Shown here one piece after another: positions 25,101 through 37,830 of a stretch of DNA of 64,000 bases. A model generated the notes under the pieces. The model ran no database searches and was not told where the DNA came from. It worked only from the letters and a program-made list of their open reading frames with translations. Positions within the stretch are counted from its first letter, which is position 1, and every line of letters starts with the position of its first letter. Source of the DNA: Haplodiscus bocki (Eukaryota). The position numbers and the translations under genes are program-made. The stretch lies in assembly GCA_965655095.1 (NCBI GenBank), contig OZ296653.1, positions 38,564,001 through 38,628,000 of the forward strand. The letters are read 5' to 3'.

Positions 25101-25700
25101 TTATATCCCTAGGATGTCTGAAAAGCTCAACCCAACCTACAAATTACCCACAACTGAGGTGCCAATCAACATCAAGGCAGAGTCGGAAAAAATTTTTCAA
25201 TCAAATAATAAAGCGCTCAGTGATGCTTGCCAACGAGAACTGAAACAACTCAATCCATGGAAGCTACTTATCCCAATGGCGGATGCAATCTTCAGAAGCG
25301 CCAGCTAGGCCCTCATGATAGAAGGTACTCCAGACCAGGAAAAACAGTCAAAACGCTAAACATTTGCCCCCGTGGCGTTCGCATCAAAAATATTCTCACT
25401 TGAGGAACTCAAGATGTCCATCTGGTCAAAAAAACTTTGGCTATTCACATGGCATTTCTTGAGTTTGCACACAAGTTGTGGGACGCAGCGAACCCAATAA
25501 TCGTTCTGACAGATAACAAATCATCCACGCGATTTTTCCAAACGAAAGCAATTCCACCAGCACTATGGAATGCATGTGCTTTTGAGCTGCAAGTCAACTT
25601 CAATATAGCATACATCGCCGATTCAATCATTACTGCAGCTGAATTTCTCTCCAGACTGCAACCCAAAGTTACGAGGAAGATACGTCACAAAGTCCAAAAA
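25100..25700 (+). pseudogene. RNase H domain of element 2
   Basis: MADAIFRSAS (TDAS-like), PVAFASK, IIVLTDNKS and AEFLSR. Confidence 0.85.
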
Positions 25701-26199
25701 GACATTAAGACAACACTTATTGAGTTGACAACAACTCCCTTGGACGTCACAGACCAAGAACAGTTCTTCTTCAATCGAGCAAACAATAAGAATGAGTCAG
25801 AGGAACAAACCCTTGAAAGAAAAGAACAATCTCGACAACATGCGAAGCAATGGGTAGCGAACCAAGAACCATCGTTGTTGAAAACTGGTGTGAAAGAATT
25901 CACTCAAATCGACGGGAACACTACGTCGTTTAACATGAATGGAACCATGGCAAATGTGCAAATACTAAAAGAGCATGGTATTGACCTTTTGTCCAAAAAC
26001 CTGATACTAAAAGTTCTAGGCCAAGCAAATGAGGAAGTGTTAATAACAACCAACCCACGATACAAGCAATACAAAGCAAATGAAGACCGCAAAAATCTTG
26101 AAGTAAACCAAATGTTCAGACAATTTTATGGAAAAACTGGTAGCGTCAAATACTACCAACTTCTCGATTTCCTCAAAAAATTTCAAATTATCAAGCAAT

Positions 26200-27300
26200 T
26201 ATTCAATAAAGTACTGCGGATTTCGCACGGAGAAGTCATGAAGCACCCCGGAAGAACCAAAACAAAATTTATATAGAGGCAACAAAACTTGTACCCAAAT
26301 ATGGCCCATATGATCAAAAATTGGGTCATGTCAGGTGAGCAATGCATCAGAGAATCATGGTTTGATCGCAACACCACTCGCCTTTCCCTGCAAAATAATA
26401 ACGAACACATCACTGAACCAGAAGGCGCCATGCAGGTTGATTTGGTACCGGGAATACCTCCATCTGGTGGAAATGAAAACATAGTGACAGCCATGGGTAT
26501 AATTTTCCACTACTAACTTGATTATCCGATATCCAACCAAGACGCCAAAACACTTGCTAAAATTATCCTTAAGATTATGCCTAAGCATGCCTACCAACCT
26601 ACGACATTCATTTAGAGCAAAGTATCGGCCTTTGTGTCCCAAGTAATAAATAAAGTGGTTGGTTCTCTTCCCATTACTCTAAAGCACGTCACAAAGAAAC
26701 ATGCTCAATCGATTGGTGTGCTTGAACGATCCCACGCGTCAATCAAACAACCTTTGAAGAATAAAACAGATGAACGCAGATAACTGTGGCATTTCTACAA
26801 CAGCAATGCGGTTCAAAAAAGTACTCCTTATCACGCAAGTATTGGCTGTGAGCCAAGCATGGTGTTCCATGGATGCCTTCCTTATTTTGCCTTAGATTCG
26901 TCCACAGCAAGCAACCAATCTTTTATCGCAAACTGCCCAAGATGTTCTTGATCAAACAGAGATGATATGCCAAAATTGTTTGCAAAAAAAATTATGCAGG
27001 CCCACATCGAACATAAAGCTTATAACGACCAAAAGGCCAACACCTCAAAACTCAAACAAACAGATTATGTTAAAAACTCACAGATCATCAAAAGAGTAAA
27101 TTTCCATTTACGGATTTCCGGTTGATTGGGCCGTGCATTATTGAAAAACCGTTAACGAACAACAAATATTTGATACGCAAAATTGTCACAAACAAGACGC
27201 AAGTACTTCATCGTTTGCAGTTGCGTCAGTTCATACCGACAACGTCTACCTGGTGTGCAAATCACGCCACAAGAAGAATAACCTGATCCATAAGTCCGCA
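26200..27300 (+). pseudogene. Integrase domain of element 2
   Basis: HGEVMKHPG...EQC (decayed HHCC), AMQVDLVP, IGVLERSHASIKQ (~26715), and a GPY/F-like IGPCIIEK (~27125). No chromodomain seen. Confidence 0.85.
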
Positions 27301-28040
27301 TTGAACTTGGCAATTTGTAGGTCAGGGCATTGGGATGTGAATGTGAAGAGCCAATTTTCGACTCAGCGTACGATAATGCGGCGCCCCCAGTTCACCCGAA
27401 TTTGCTGTTTGATCTGATCTGTCAATCCAGGAAACAAGGAACACACCAGGAACCTCACGAGGACGCTCCCTAGAGTTGCGGAAACGAGCATGGAACAACC
27501 CAACTATAATCTGACCAACCCCCACTGTTCGAAACACAATTTGTATCATAACCCGAAGCCGAATTGCAATGGCAATTACCGATTTTTATTCATGAACTAA
27601 ACCAGTGTTTTCCCCGGAACGCATACGTAGATGTTTGAAAAATTCCAGGAAAGCGTTACGGAACCAATTTGTAGCAAATCAAAAACTTGTTCTATTTTTT
27701 GTGACTATTCCGTGGCGACTAACTCACTTACTACTCAGTCCTACCAACTTCAAAACAAGGCCTTTGACAACCGATTCAGTTATTCTAGATACGGGCCGAC
27801 TTCAGGTTATTTTATCTTTTCTTATTCTGACTATTCAACTAGAATGGTAAATACAAGAATATCAATGAAGCAAACAGTTTCTCACTGCAGATGACGGAAG
27901 AGCAACGCGAAAATGTGTATATGCAGTAGTTTACTGAAGCGCAAAAAACACTTTCAATTACGGCAACCTCCCATGGAAGACAAACGCGGCTCCTCAGCCT
28001 CGCCCATTTCTACAAAAATTTCCACGGGTAGGCTGGGATG

Positions 28041-31000
28041 CTAAGGCGAAGTCGGATCTTTGACTATGACGCGTTTTCGAGGCGTGACGGAAAGACTGGC
28101 AACCTCAAATTGACGCAGCAGCTTCACAGGTCTGTTGAACAGTTGCTTTTTCCCCTTTCTAGGAGGATAATGTTGTCGGCTTGGACCAGCAACCTTACGG
28201 GAAGGAGCAGCAACGGGCACATAATGAACCTGCCCATCTTCCACGACAGTTGATATGCGGACACCGTGTTTTGAGGAAGATTCATCGGATGAGGGCCTCA
28301 CAGCACCCAGAGCAAACCATTGCTCACTCGTATCTTTGACGATACGACGCCGACCAAGTGCCGTTTCAAAGCACGTCTTCAAATCTGTAATAATCTGGCC
28401 TGACGACTCGCTCTCCACCTTTGACCACGGGGCATACACAGAGCTGCTAATGATGCTATCAGAATAGGCAGCAGCTTCAGACAGCATCGTACCACCCGTT
28501 CCTGACAAGAAATTTAGCAGGGTAAAAAGTGGATCTCTCACAAAAAACTGAATACAGAGCAGGACTCTACGCACTACTTCCTCTCTGATAAGAAACAGCA
28601 GCAGGTTTATTGTGAAACTCTCCCCAAACGTCACTGGCCCACCAAAAGCGATTCCTGTTATATGGAACACCTCAAACAATAAATGAATGAGCCAACAATA
28701 ACAGTGAGACTACATTGTACATGCTTGGAGACAATATGTACTTCATACAGATGGCACTGTACAGAAAACCAGCCTGCGGAGACCAAAAAGTCAGGACTTT
28801 CCCTAGGTCAGGGCAGCTCATTGTTGAATTCCGCTCGAGCTGCCTCTGGTTTTGCGCAAACGACTGGCATTCTGATCAGCGGGCCTCCATCTCAGCGCCC
28901 CTCACCAACCTTTCTCAAGTTGTCTATCAAGTAACAACTTGAACAGCTGCATAGTGGCATGATCTTCACCACTCAAACTCGGAGTGCAGAAACAACTGAA
29001 CCCTTGGCCTATTGGAGACTTGGTGGCAACGGTCGACAAATTGCAGCTCATGAAGTCTTCGAGAAAATTCATGCAGTCCCCCTTGAACTCCTTCTTCAAG
29101 GGGAAGCTCCTGACTTTCTCAAGGGCTACCAGCAAAAGAAACGCTTTTCGTCAATAGCAGCAAACTTCGATTGATTGGGAGCTATGGGCACCTCCCACAG
29201 CTCCACTAACGGCAATACGTTGCTTTTCATAATCTCCTGCAGAAAACAGTAAACAAAATGGGTGACCTCAACAAAAGCGTAGTCCTGATAATCAGCATTA
29301 GATTGAGGATGGACAAAATTGTTGGCAGCTGAAGCAGAACGTTTGTCACAGATATGGAGATCACGTCAATCTCATCGAACGTTTAACACGATGCGTGAAA
29401 CTTACCCGAAAGAAATTGTGCAACCATATTAGTGCGTTACTAGAAATATTTGGAGAAAGCTCCAGAACGCACACGTAACAAAAAACAAAACACCAAATTA
29501 TCTTCATGTACTTACATATTTCAAGTATGTGGGAAAGACGGACCTTCAGGCGAGCGAGTTGATCCTGATAGAAGTATCCATCCATCCATCTTTTTCTTCT
29601 ATTCATCACATATACATTATGCATGGGTACGAGATTGTAGTAATAATCTCAAAAGAATAAAACATTACTACAAGACTATCGCCATCATCTATTCCTCATG
29701 TTTTTTTTCAGGTACAAAAATATCAACGGCCATATTGCCAGATTATTGATCTCGATTTCCAAGAGTACCTTCATGACAAGGCTGCTGGTTACAATGGCTT
29801 TTTTCGGTCCTGGTCGGGAAGCCGTCCAATCGCCACCGTCTGCCCCTTTAGGCCTATTCACAAGAAACTCTTCCATGGAGTGGGGGTCCAGAGATCCAAA
29901 CACACTTGATGCAATCCGTTTTAGGCAGCCCTCAAACCAGCACAATTTAAAGAATCATTTTTCAATTAGCTTCTCTTGATACCCACTGTCTAGATAGCTA
30001 ACAAACGCTTCCACGGGCGCATGTGGACCGCCGTGCATCAAAACCACGCGAACATTGGGACCAAGTGCAGCAATAGCCCGCCCAAATTGCTGCTGAAACA
30101 ACTCAAAATGGTCACACGGACCAGACGAAACTGGCTGTTGTCCCAGCACCGAAGACCCAGATGTGCTCGCCCCGCTCTTCAAACTCAACGCAACAGTAGC
30201 CACGATTCGCAACTCAAGTGAAGACCTCGCTCAAGATAGGGGTACATGCTGTTTAGACTGAATGAGTAAAAAGGAACCAACAGTGGGCAACCGGAATGAT
30301 AACGTGAAACATGGAACAAGTAAAGCACTAGCCAACACTTCATTAAGGGAGCATATCACGTCCACATTGACTCGCCCCACAACTAGAGTGAAATGGGACC
30401 AGAGCTGGTGGACAAGTTCGTAGCTCCCGCTCAAACGTAGTGCCTCGATCAAAACTGAAACCTTTGCGAGTACAGGAAGACTGACGTCAACTGCAACCGA
30501 AATGTCCACCATGAAGTCATCTGAAAAAAGAAAACTTTCTGTCTCTCACCACTTGTGGAGACCTCAAGATCCACTGCCGCTCATTTTCTTTCCCTCTCAT
30601 TGAATTGTTTTCTTAATCAAGCACCCGCCTACCTGGAGTTTCCATACGAAGGCGTTGATATCTCGGAAAGTGCTTGGTGCCCTCATGTAGCGAAACGCAC
30701 ACTTGCTTCATACAGATCAAGCAGTAAAAATTCAGCGGATTCTCTGGATGCGTCTGTTGCCTCAGTCAAGAAGAAGTGGCCCATCTTGTCTACCGCTCAG
30801 CAGTTTTTCATGTTTTAGCTCCGCTTGGAAAGGACTCTTCTCAGCGGATAACTCGTGTACGTCTCGTTGCCGCCAAAAGTCGGTGGTCTCAAATTCGAGC
30901 ATGTGATGATTCCTGCTGCATGCGTTGAACACGACCCAAAAAAACATCTAATCTTTTAGACATTCAAGCATACGATGAACACACGCCAAGGACTATACCT

Positions 31001-32300
31001 GCATGGTACGACGACAATACTTACTGCGTTTTAACGGCACCAGGGTTTGTGGCCTTTCTTCGGCGCAGTTGCACCGGCGAAATGTCACTAATTGATAAAC
31101 TGTTGCATTATTTGGGTTCGTAGCAGGATCGTTACTGAAGTGAAACAACAACCACAAGAAGTGAGAAGCAATCATGAAAGGCTACAGCATTATCCCCAGC
31201 TGAAATGATACCTACCATTATGGAACGCCTCTTCCAACCACTCTCCGCTGCGTTCGTGGCTGACACTGGCAACAGGAACTAGAGCACCACCAGCAAGAGG
31301 GACTAAACTTGTCAGAATAGCAAGCTGGCTTCTGGACTGGCGTCGAGTTTCAACTTCAGTTGGGATGTCATAACCACCAGAAGAAATCATGGCAGCTTCA
31401 CTAACACCTATTCAAATATCAAAAACATAACATCGTCCCAAACGTAGCCAAGACCTTAACAGTATATTGCCACAAACTTGATGCAAAACCCATGGGAGCA
31501 CACTGCAAGGTTGGTTACCTCATCGCTGGATGCCGCACGCCCAACCTCAAACTCGCTTTCGTATCTACCGGAGAACACATGCAAAAGCATCACCCGGGCG
31601 AGCAGCAGGCTCTCCAGAAGAACAAAACACTAAAACACCATAGCCCCATGATACCTTCTTCAGGTTTGATCGTGCGCTGTATACCAGCTAAGTGGAAATA
31701 TGGATAGCCACTTTATTATACCTACGAAGAAAAAGCTAACAAAAATGAAGTATGAAGAATAACACAATGCCAGTTCGAACAAACTGACGATACCCTCTAA
31801 AGTAGTCTCTGAGAGAAAATTGACACGCAATAAAGCATCAGTGAAGTAAACACCTCAGACTGTGGGCCCCCATCCCTCTGCTCACCGCCAGCCACGTCCA
31901 CAAATGTCTCCTGGTCCTCACAGTCTCCATTAAAAACTGGCTCTGTCACACAGCAATGGCTTGGTCTCCCAATTTATCTAGGGCTCTCTGAACGCATTCT
32001 GGTCCCTCTTTTTCCGCTGCATCAAAAATGGGGACAATAGGGAGATCAACAGACAAACTTCTCTGTACAGATGCTTCGTCGATCTCCAATCCTCCTCCAT
32101 CTACAGTACCAACTGGCTCAGCAACGGCGGACGTCCCACCTGCTTCTTCTTCTTCTTTGGAACCCTTTCACTTATTGAACGACGTGGATATCAGTCTATT
32201 ACATCCTGGATTTGGATGTTCAATCACTAAAATTCCTATTCATTCATTTTCAAGCCCGATTAATTTGTCTGCCAGCAAGGACGTCAGCAAGCACTTCCGA
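28041..32300 (-). pseudogene. Antisense multi-exon accessory gene of element 2 (C2H2 zinc finger plus hAT-transposase-like body)
   Basis: FYCLIC...HEGTKHFPRYQRLRMETPG (~30730-30630); intron 30258-30332; GYCCVEFEERGEHIWVF; CLKRIASSVFGSLDP...IWPLIFLYLK; open 212-aa C-terminal frame at 28041-28679. The hAT link is inference. Confidence 0.7.
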
Positions 32301-32699
32301 GGAAACACTGAGGAGCGGTACTCAAGTGCTCCTCAATTTCAATTCGCTATCTTGGGACATGTTTACATCCCGCCAACTTCAGCTTTACGTCCTACCGCCT
32401 AACTTTATCAACTCTTACCAGCAACGCAAGAACATCAAACAAAATCCCGCCTGATGAAACTGAACTATCATTACCCGCAATACTCAAACACTTTTAAAGT
32501 CAATTCCCCATCATCATCATCAGTTGCTATGCTAAACAGACTATTTCTTCAAAGTTTACTAATCAGTTGAAATTCCTCAACATTTAGAGAATGTATCGAC
32601 CAATTTCTCCTGAATCCAACGTTCCGGATTTGTTTTATATGGAGCAATCGTCGGATGAACAAAAAATCAGTTAACAATACCCGGGAGATGATAACATTA

Positions 32700-33255
32700 T
32701 CATCTATTGCATTGCTAGAGCCACAAATTTTACGTTCGACTCTGATTTGAATGAATCAACGATGATCTATGGGTTTGGACGGTAGCTACCAATTAATTCA
32801 ACCTGCTTGAACGATCTGACCAACCCATTTAGTATTTTGGAAACAATGGCAGTAGCACACCCTATAGCAGAAAGTCATTACAAAAATTCCAGCCCCCAGT
32901 CATCGGAGCCGTCGGACATGTCTCTGATATCCACGCCCCCAATGAACCTCAGTATGATCGACGGCGGGAAAACTCTGCATAATATTACAGACGATAACAC
33001 CTGCTATTCGTTGGATAAATCGCGACGGTTCTACTGGAATTCTCCTCTGATTGAGACTTTTGATTGCGAAGGAGAACCAAGCCGAATTTAGCTGCTGTCC
33101 AGTCCACACCCGCCACCTGGCAAAATCAATAGACAATTAGAGATAGGGAGGTGCTTTCCAGAAACAAAGGGAGGGTCGCAGCATGTCTGCAAAGCCTGCG
33201 GAAAAATGCCCTCGCGGAAGAAAATGTTCCTGATCCATAGAAGAGAGACTAAAAA
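32700..33255 (+). pseudogene. Pro/Ser-rich ORF3 of unknown function, overlapping the PPT and the start of the 3' LTR
   Basis: ORF 32807-33091 (SSPQSSEPSDMSLISTPP). After one stop the frame continues PHPPPGKINRQLEIGRCFPETKGGSQHVCKACGKMP; homologues at 48680-49330 and 57470-58100. Confidence 0.55.
33166..33173 (+). promoter_or_regulatory. Polypurine tract of element 2
   Basis: AAAGGGAG directly before the LTR start (G)GTCGCAGCA. Confidence 0.65.
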
Positions 33256-34781
33256 CCCTAAAACTTTACGCATAGGTTTTGGTAGTTCATAATTTTACGT
33301 AAAGAATAAATATTTTTCTCGTATTACTCCGTACATTTATCAAATTACAAAAAACATGTGTCCTATACGTGTAATTTTGGTTAATTGATCCACATTTTGA
33401 CGGAACATCAAATGGATATTTATTTATTTTCCCTACTGTATTCGTATATCATCAAAAGGTGCTGCATTTATAGTTAATATAAATATTGTATAAACCTACA
33501 TCTGGCATAAGTAGTGCAGTAACTCAAATTACGATTGACAGTTTCAAAAATTTTGCTGTATCTATTTTGACTGTAACTTGTGGCAAGATTTTAAACGCAT
33601 GTCGCAACTAGTCTGGTGACGTCACTTGATACTATTCCAATCCGCTGCGCTACTACGCTGTGTGCTTTTGGACAAACACGAAGTGGTTATGTTACCATCA
33701 CTTTAATTTCTCGCGGTAGTGCGGCGACTAACAAAGCTGCAAGCGAATACGTGGCCGTTGCGTAGCGCTTCTACCAGCTGGTAGTAACAAGGAACGGACT
33801 AGCAAAAGGCCTACTCTTGTTACGAAAGGGGGTTTAGTCAAAGCAATAACAATTTCAGAGCATGTGTTTGTAATATGTACTTGTTTCAGGGTACTTTATT
33901 TGTTTTTGATGCATGTTTCAGATCTTCTCCTGTGATGTGAAACGCTTTTGATCTTCGTTTCTTTTAATAATTATTGTGTCGGCGCGGGAATATTCACCTT
34001 GATGTCCCTTTATTGGGAAATAGACCGTACATTTTCGATCGAATGATGGAAAAAACGCGGTTTATGAGGGATAAAATAGGCGGTAACGTGTTTATTTCAC
34101 GCCAGACTTTGCAGTTTACCTGTGTAAAAAATTTGACTAGAGTACTTGTTGCCTATTTGTACCTTGAATTGGCGTGTAAACAATCATGTTACTGTTAATA
34201 TTTAAAAAAACTGCAGCCCGCAATATTCTGTACAATTATCTTTCAACGGTTCGTACAAGCTGAAATTTTTTGGCTCTGAAAGGGGAGACTACACTTTGTT
34301 GAAAATTCAGATTTGATTTAAAGATGAAAAATCTGAATCCAGTTTTCAGAATTGTTGAGATTTTTCCCTCATACGAAGTATAGCAAGGCTACAGAGATAG
34401 CGAAAGTTAACCACGGTCTCGAGAGACACACAAAGGAAGCTCGGAACGGCCGCTCAAAGAACACATTCGTTCCGGAGTTGACTGAAGAGTACATCACCCA
34501 AGTATCGGAGGAAATGGAAGAGAGGATCACTAAAAATGTCCCTGGAATTTAATTGGAAATAGTCACGTATAATGGGTGCTTTGCTGAAGATAGACGATTT
34601 TCTTCTGCGCCCGCAAGTACAGACTTGCTCCGGAACCGCTCAGTCAACATCCCGAAGCATCAACTCAGAAACCGGGAACCGACTAGGGATCGTTCTCCGA
34701 TTGAATCCTATTCTGATGTCGAATTATCTTTTCGTCCGTTCAGCACTTCAGTTGACTCAGACCGGGAGGAGAACTCTCAAT
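33174..34781 (+). repeat. 3' LTR of element 2
   Basis: Collinear with 19895-21580; similarity stops at CTCTCA (~34779). Confidence 0.85.
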
Positions 34782-36059
34782 TCGAGGTCTTATTGGTTGA
34801 TAAGAAAAAATTCAAAGTTTCTTCCAGAGTCTCTTATTTTTACAAGTCTTTCAGTTTGATATTCTCAGTCTGCATCGAAGGAAGCCAGTGATCTCTCATT
34901 GTTGGATCAACTTCTGTCGTTCTTACTGTAGATACTGCCCAGAAAAAGAAAATGAGCTCTCAAGAAAAACCTTTAACAGCTCGGAACAATTCATAACTTA
35001 AAAAAAACATTCTTTTTTGGATAAATTATCAGCTCAAATTCCAATCACTCCCCTCCATCAATGAGCACCGGAACTGAGGGAGGAGGTTTTCTTTAGCTCG
35101 TGAGCACAGGAAAATGATGCCAATGGCTAGGAGCGCTTGAACATTTTTGAAATCTTCTAATAAAACACCCATTTGTTGGTAGAGGTTGTCTCCAGACCAA
35201 AGATTGATACCCTTTTTCCGTGAGTGCCTTGATAGCTTAGAAATGCGAGGATCAGTGGAAAACGCCATACATCTCGAGAAAAAGAAGGACAAGGAGAACT
35301 CTCTACCCACCAATTCAATCTCTCAGAAACCCAATCAACCCCTGCGTTGAAGCGGAGTCGCCCTTTGGAACAAGAACTGAAGTTGATCTTGATTATGTTT
35401 ACAGAAACTGATTTCACCTAAAATTAGTGTGTATATACATTGATAATAAGTGTTTAAAAAATTTTTTCATTTTATCAAAGTTTTTTCAACTAACTTGTAA
35501 CTTTTTGGAAATAGATTGAGATTGAAATGTTTCAATTCATCTTAAAGTTTTTGAAAAACTAGTCACACATGTGTGAGTCAAAAAAACAGTTTCAAGATCA
35601 CTTTCTCATTTAGCAGCAGCTTTTTCCACGTGTATCAACTTCATATCGAGAAAAAAATGGGACAACAAAACGATTAAAAAAGCCTTTTTCCCTGTGAAAT
35701 TGAGTAGAGGGACTCCTATTTGAACGGTGGGTGCTTTCATCTAGCCAATGTAGGTTGTTCATTGTGGCATGGAGGAAAATCGTTGTACATGTAGTTGGAC
35801 CAGGTTATAGTTTAACATTAGAAGCGATCAACTCAAGGCATGGTCGAACTATGTTTCCTTACTTTTAGGAACATTTTCGTATTTGAGTTCATGTTCCTGT
35901 ATTTTTACGCTGGAATTGATGAATCTCAAATCAAACTTGAGTATACTTAGTCAACTTATTTTTTAAGGATCATAAAAACTAACTCAAGTTTGAGTACAAG
36001 TTTTTTGAACTCAAGTATCGTCCGGTTTTTAAATTAGAATACAATAAAAAACATCATGA

Positions 36060-36430
36060 TTTCAAAATCTGATTCTCTGAATTTGTTTTATTGCAAAATA
36101 TGACACGTTCAAAAAACGTCAATTCAAACACTGACACAATGTGGAAGTTTTGATTCAGAACAGGACACGTTGTGAAATCCTCAACTCAACATCTGACACA
36201 TTGTAGAACTTTTCGTTCAAATTCATGCTTTTCAAAAAAAAGGAAGCAAAGAATGTCATTTTCACGGAGTAAAACGATCCGAAAAACAAATTTTAAAAAT
36301 CAAACTCTCTTCAAAATCTGACACGTTGTAAACCTTTGAATTCAAAGTCTGTAACTTTGGAAGTTTTTTTGTCAAAATTCTGACACGTTGTATGTCTTTT
36401 ATTTTGAAAACCGACGCGTTGATTTTGTCT
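36060..36430. repeat. Degenerate ~33-bp tandem repeat array
   Basis: Recurrent unit AAAATCTGACACGTTGTA...ATTC, about 9-10 imperfect copies in two blocks. Confidence 0.75.
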
Positions 36431-37326
36431 CAATTCTGAGTTCGATTTTCAACTTGCTTTTCAGGTTCTTCCTAAAAGTTGTCCAAATTATCAGTGAACT
36501 GCAAGGAGTGTTCACCTTTTGGTTCCTTGGTAATCGGTAGAGCCTGCTTATTTGTTGATTTCATCAGTGTTGTAGGACTGATGGTGGCTCTGATGACTCC
36601 TTCATTTGCACTACTTGTTAACATATAAAAGTCTATGTTGAACTCAAAAGCTTGTCGGTCTATAAAGTTTTTATGTTCAAAGTTACTAACTTAATATTTT
36701 TTTAGCATAATCACATAGATGGTATTATACCTTTTTTATCAGTTCCGACCCACTTGTATTCTTTTTATCTTGTTCATTTCTTTCTACAAAAACTGACCCT
36801 TTAGTTTGCATTAGTTTTGTTTTCGGGAGAGAGTTGAGTAAATGCTTTTGGTACGTTTACCATATGAGTCTCGTTTTTGCAACGGTTGGCTTTCTGTCCA
36901 CGCCTTTGTTTTGTTCATTAAAGTGAACTGCTATCTGCACAATATCAAACTCGTGTCCACTCTTGACAGCATTTCTGTCATGTAATCGATACTTGGACTG
37001 GATGTAATCGATACTTGGATTCTACGTGTTGGGGCAAGAAACCAAATGAGTCCAATCTTTGCAGCAACTCTCCAATGTCTGTTTTAAGTATTTTGTATTG
37101 TCTGCAACTGGGTAATAAGCACATCTTATCATCGAGGTGAGCAACAGAGTATTCCTCATTGACAATAACTTATCAAATGTGTTTGCGGAATCAAACGCCT
37201 AATTTGTTTCATTTTGCGTGAAAACCGGGTTTCACTTGTAACATTACAGCTGCCAGTTGGTTGTTGAGAAGAAAAAACAAATCACTTCTCTCAGCCACCA
37301 ATGTACTATCTCCACAACCGAAAGTC

Positions 37327-37830
37327 ATGGCTTACAACTACTGCTTTCTAGGAAAATCTAAATGGTTCTGACCATGTAAATTGTGGTAAATTTCAAGATA
37401 GAGTTGTCCAAAAACGTTGTTTTTGTGGTGCAGGAACTACTCCAATTTTAATTAAATGGTTGTAAAACTCAAAGTTTTCCAGAAGGATGAAAACAAAGTT
37501 ACTCAATTAGTACAAATTCTTATAATGGGAGACTCAGATTTCGAACAGTTCATGCGATTGTGGAATTAACTTGTCATTGCAGCGGAAAACACCGGAGGAT
37601 TGCATAGTATGCTGCCTATACAAATTTCAAAAATTCCCAAGGCATGGATGAGCAACTCGAACTGGCTCATAGGTTTGTTGATACATGCGTGTCTTTGCTG
37701 CGGTACATGGTGGACAAGCCAGAGAGTTCAAATACTCAAGTCAGGATCTTTGTCAGAAAGAAGGCGGAAGGAAGTTTATCTAGGGAAAATGAAAACTTGA
37801 AAAATTTATTTCTCTACTTGATGTAATGAA
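37327..37830 (+). pseudogene. Degenerate Maverick accessory ORF (possibly PC4/Sub1-like ssDNA-binding fold)
   Basis: Fragments KLKVFQKDENK...LIMGDSDFEQFMRLWN and MDEQLELAH...LLRYMVDKPESSNTQVRIFVRKK; fold assignment is speculative. Confidence 0.35.

Larger units (their letters stand above)
19895..34781 (+). mobile_element. Near full-length Ty3/Gypsy LTR retrotransposon (element 2, ~14.9 kb), degenerate
   Basis: Two LTRs, PBS-like site, gag, PR-RT-RH-IN domain order, ~5.5 kb extra 3' region, and PPT. Confidence 0.9.

Noticed and set aside
25437-26276. 279-aa ORF as an intact gene
   Set aside because: It is a surviving open stretch of pol (RNase H end to integrase linker) flanked by stops and frameshifts.
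28041-32300. Independent hAT DNA transposon inserted into the retroelement
   Set aside because: No TIRs or 8-bp TSD seen, and the same position and orientation recur in copies with different LTR subtypes.
27900-33170. env gene in the extra 3' region
   Set aside because: No sense-strand ORF with signal peptide, furin site and TM anchor was recognised; the main coding signal is antisense.
36060-36430. CRISPR-like array
   Set aside because: Units are degenerate and contiguous with no unique spacers; no cas genes; eukaryotic TE context.
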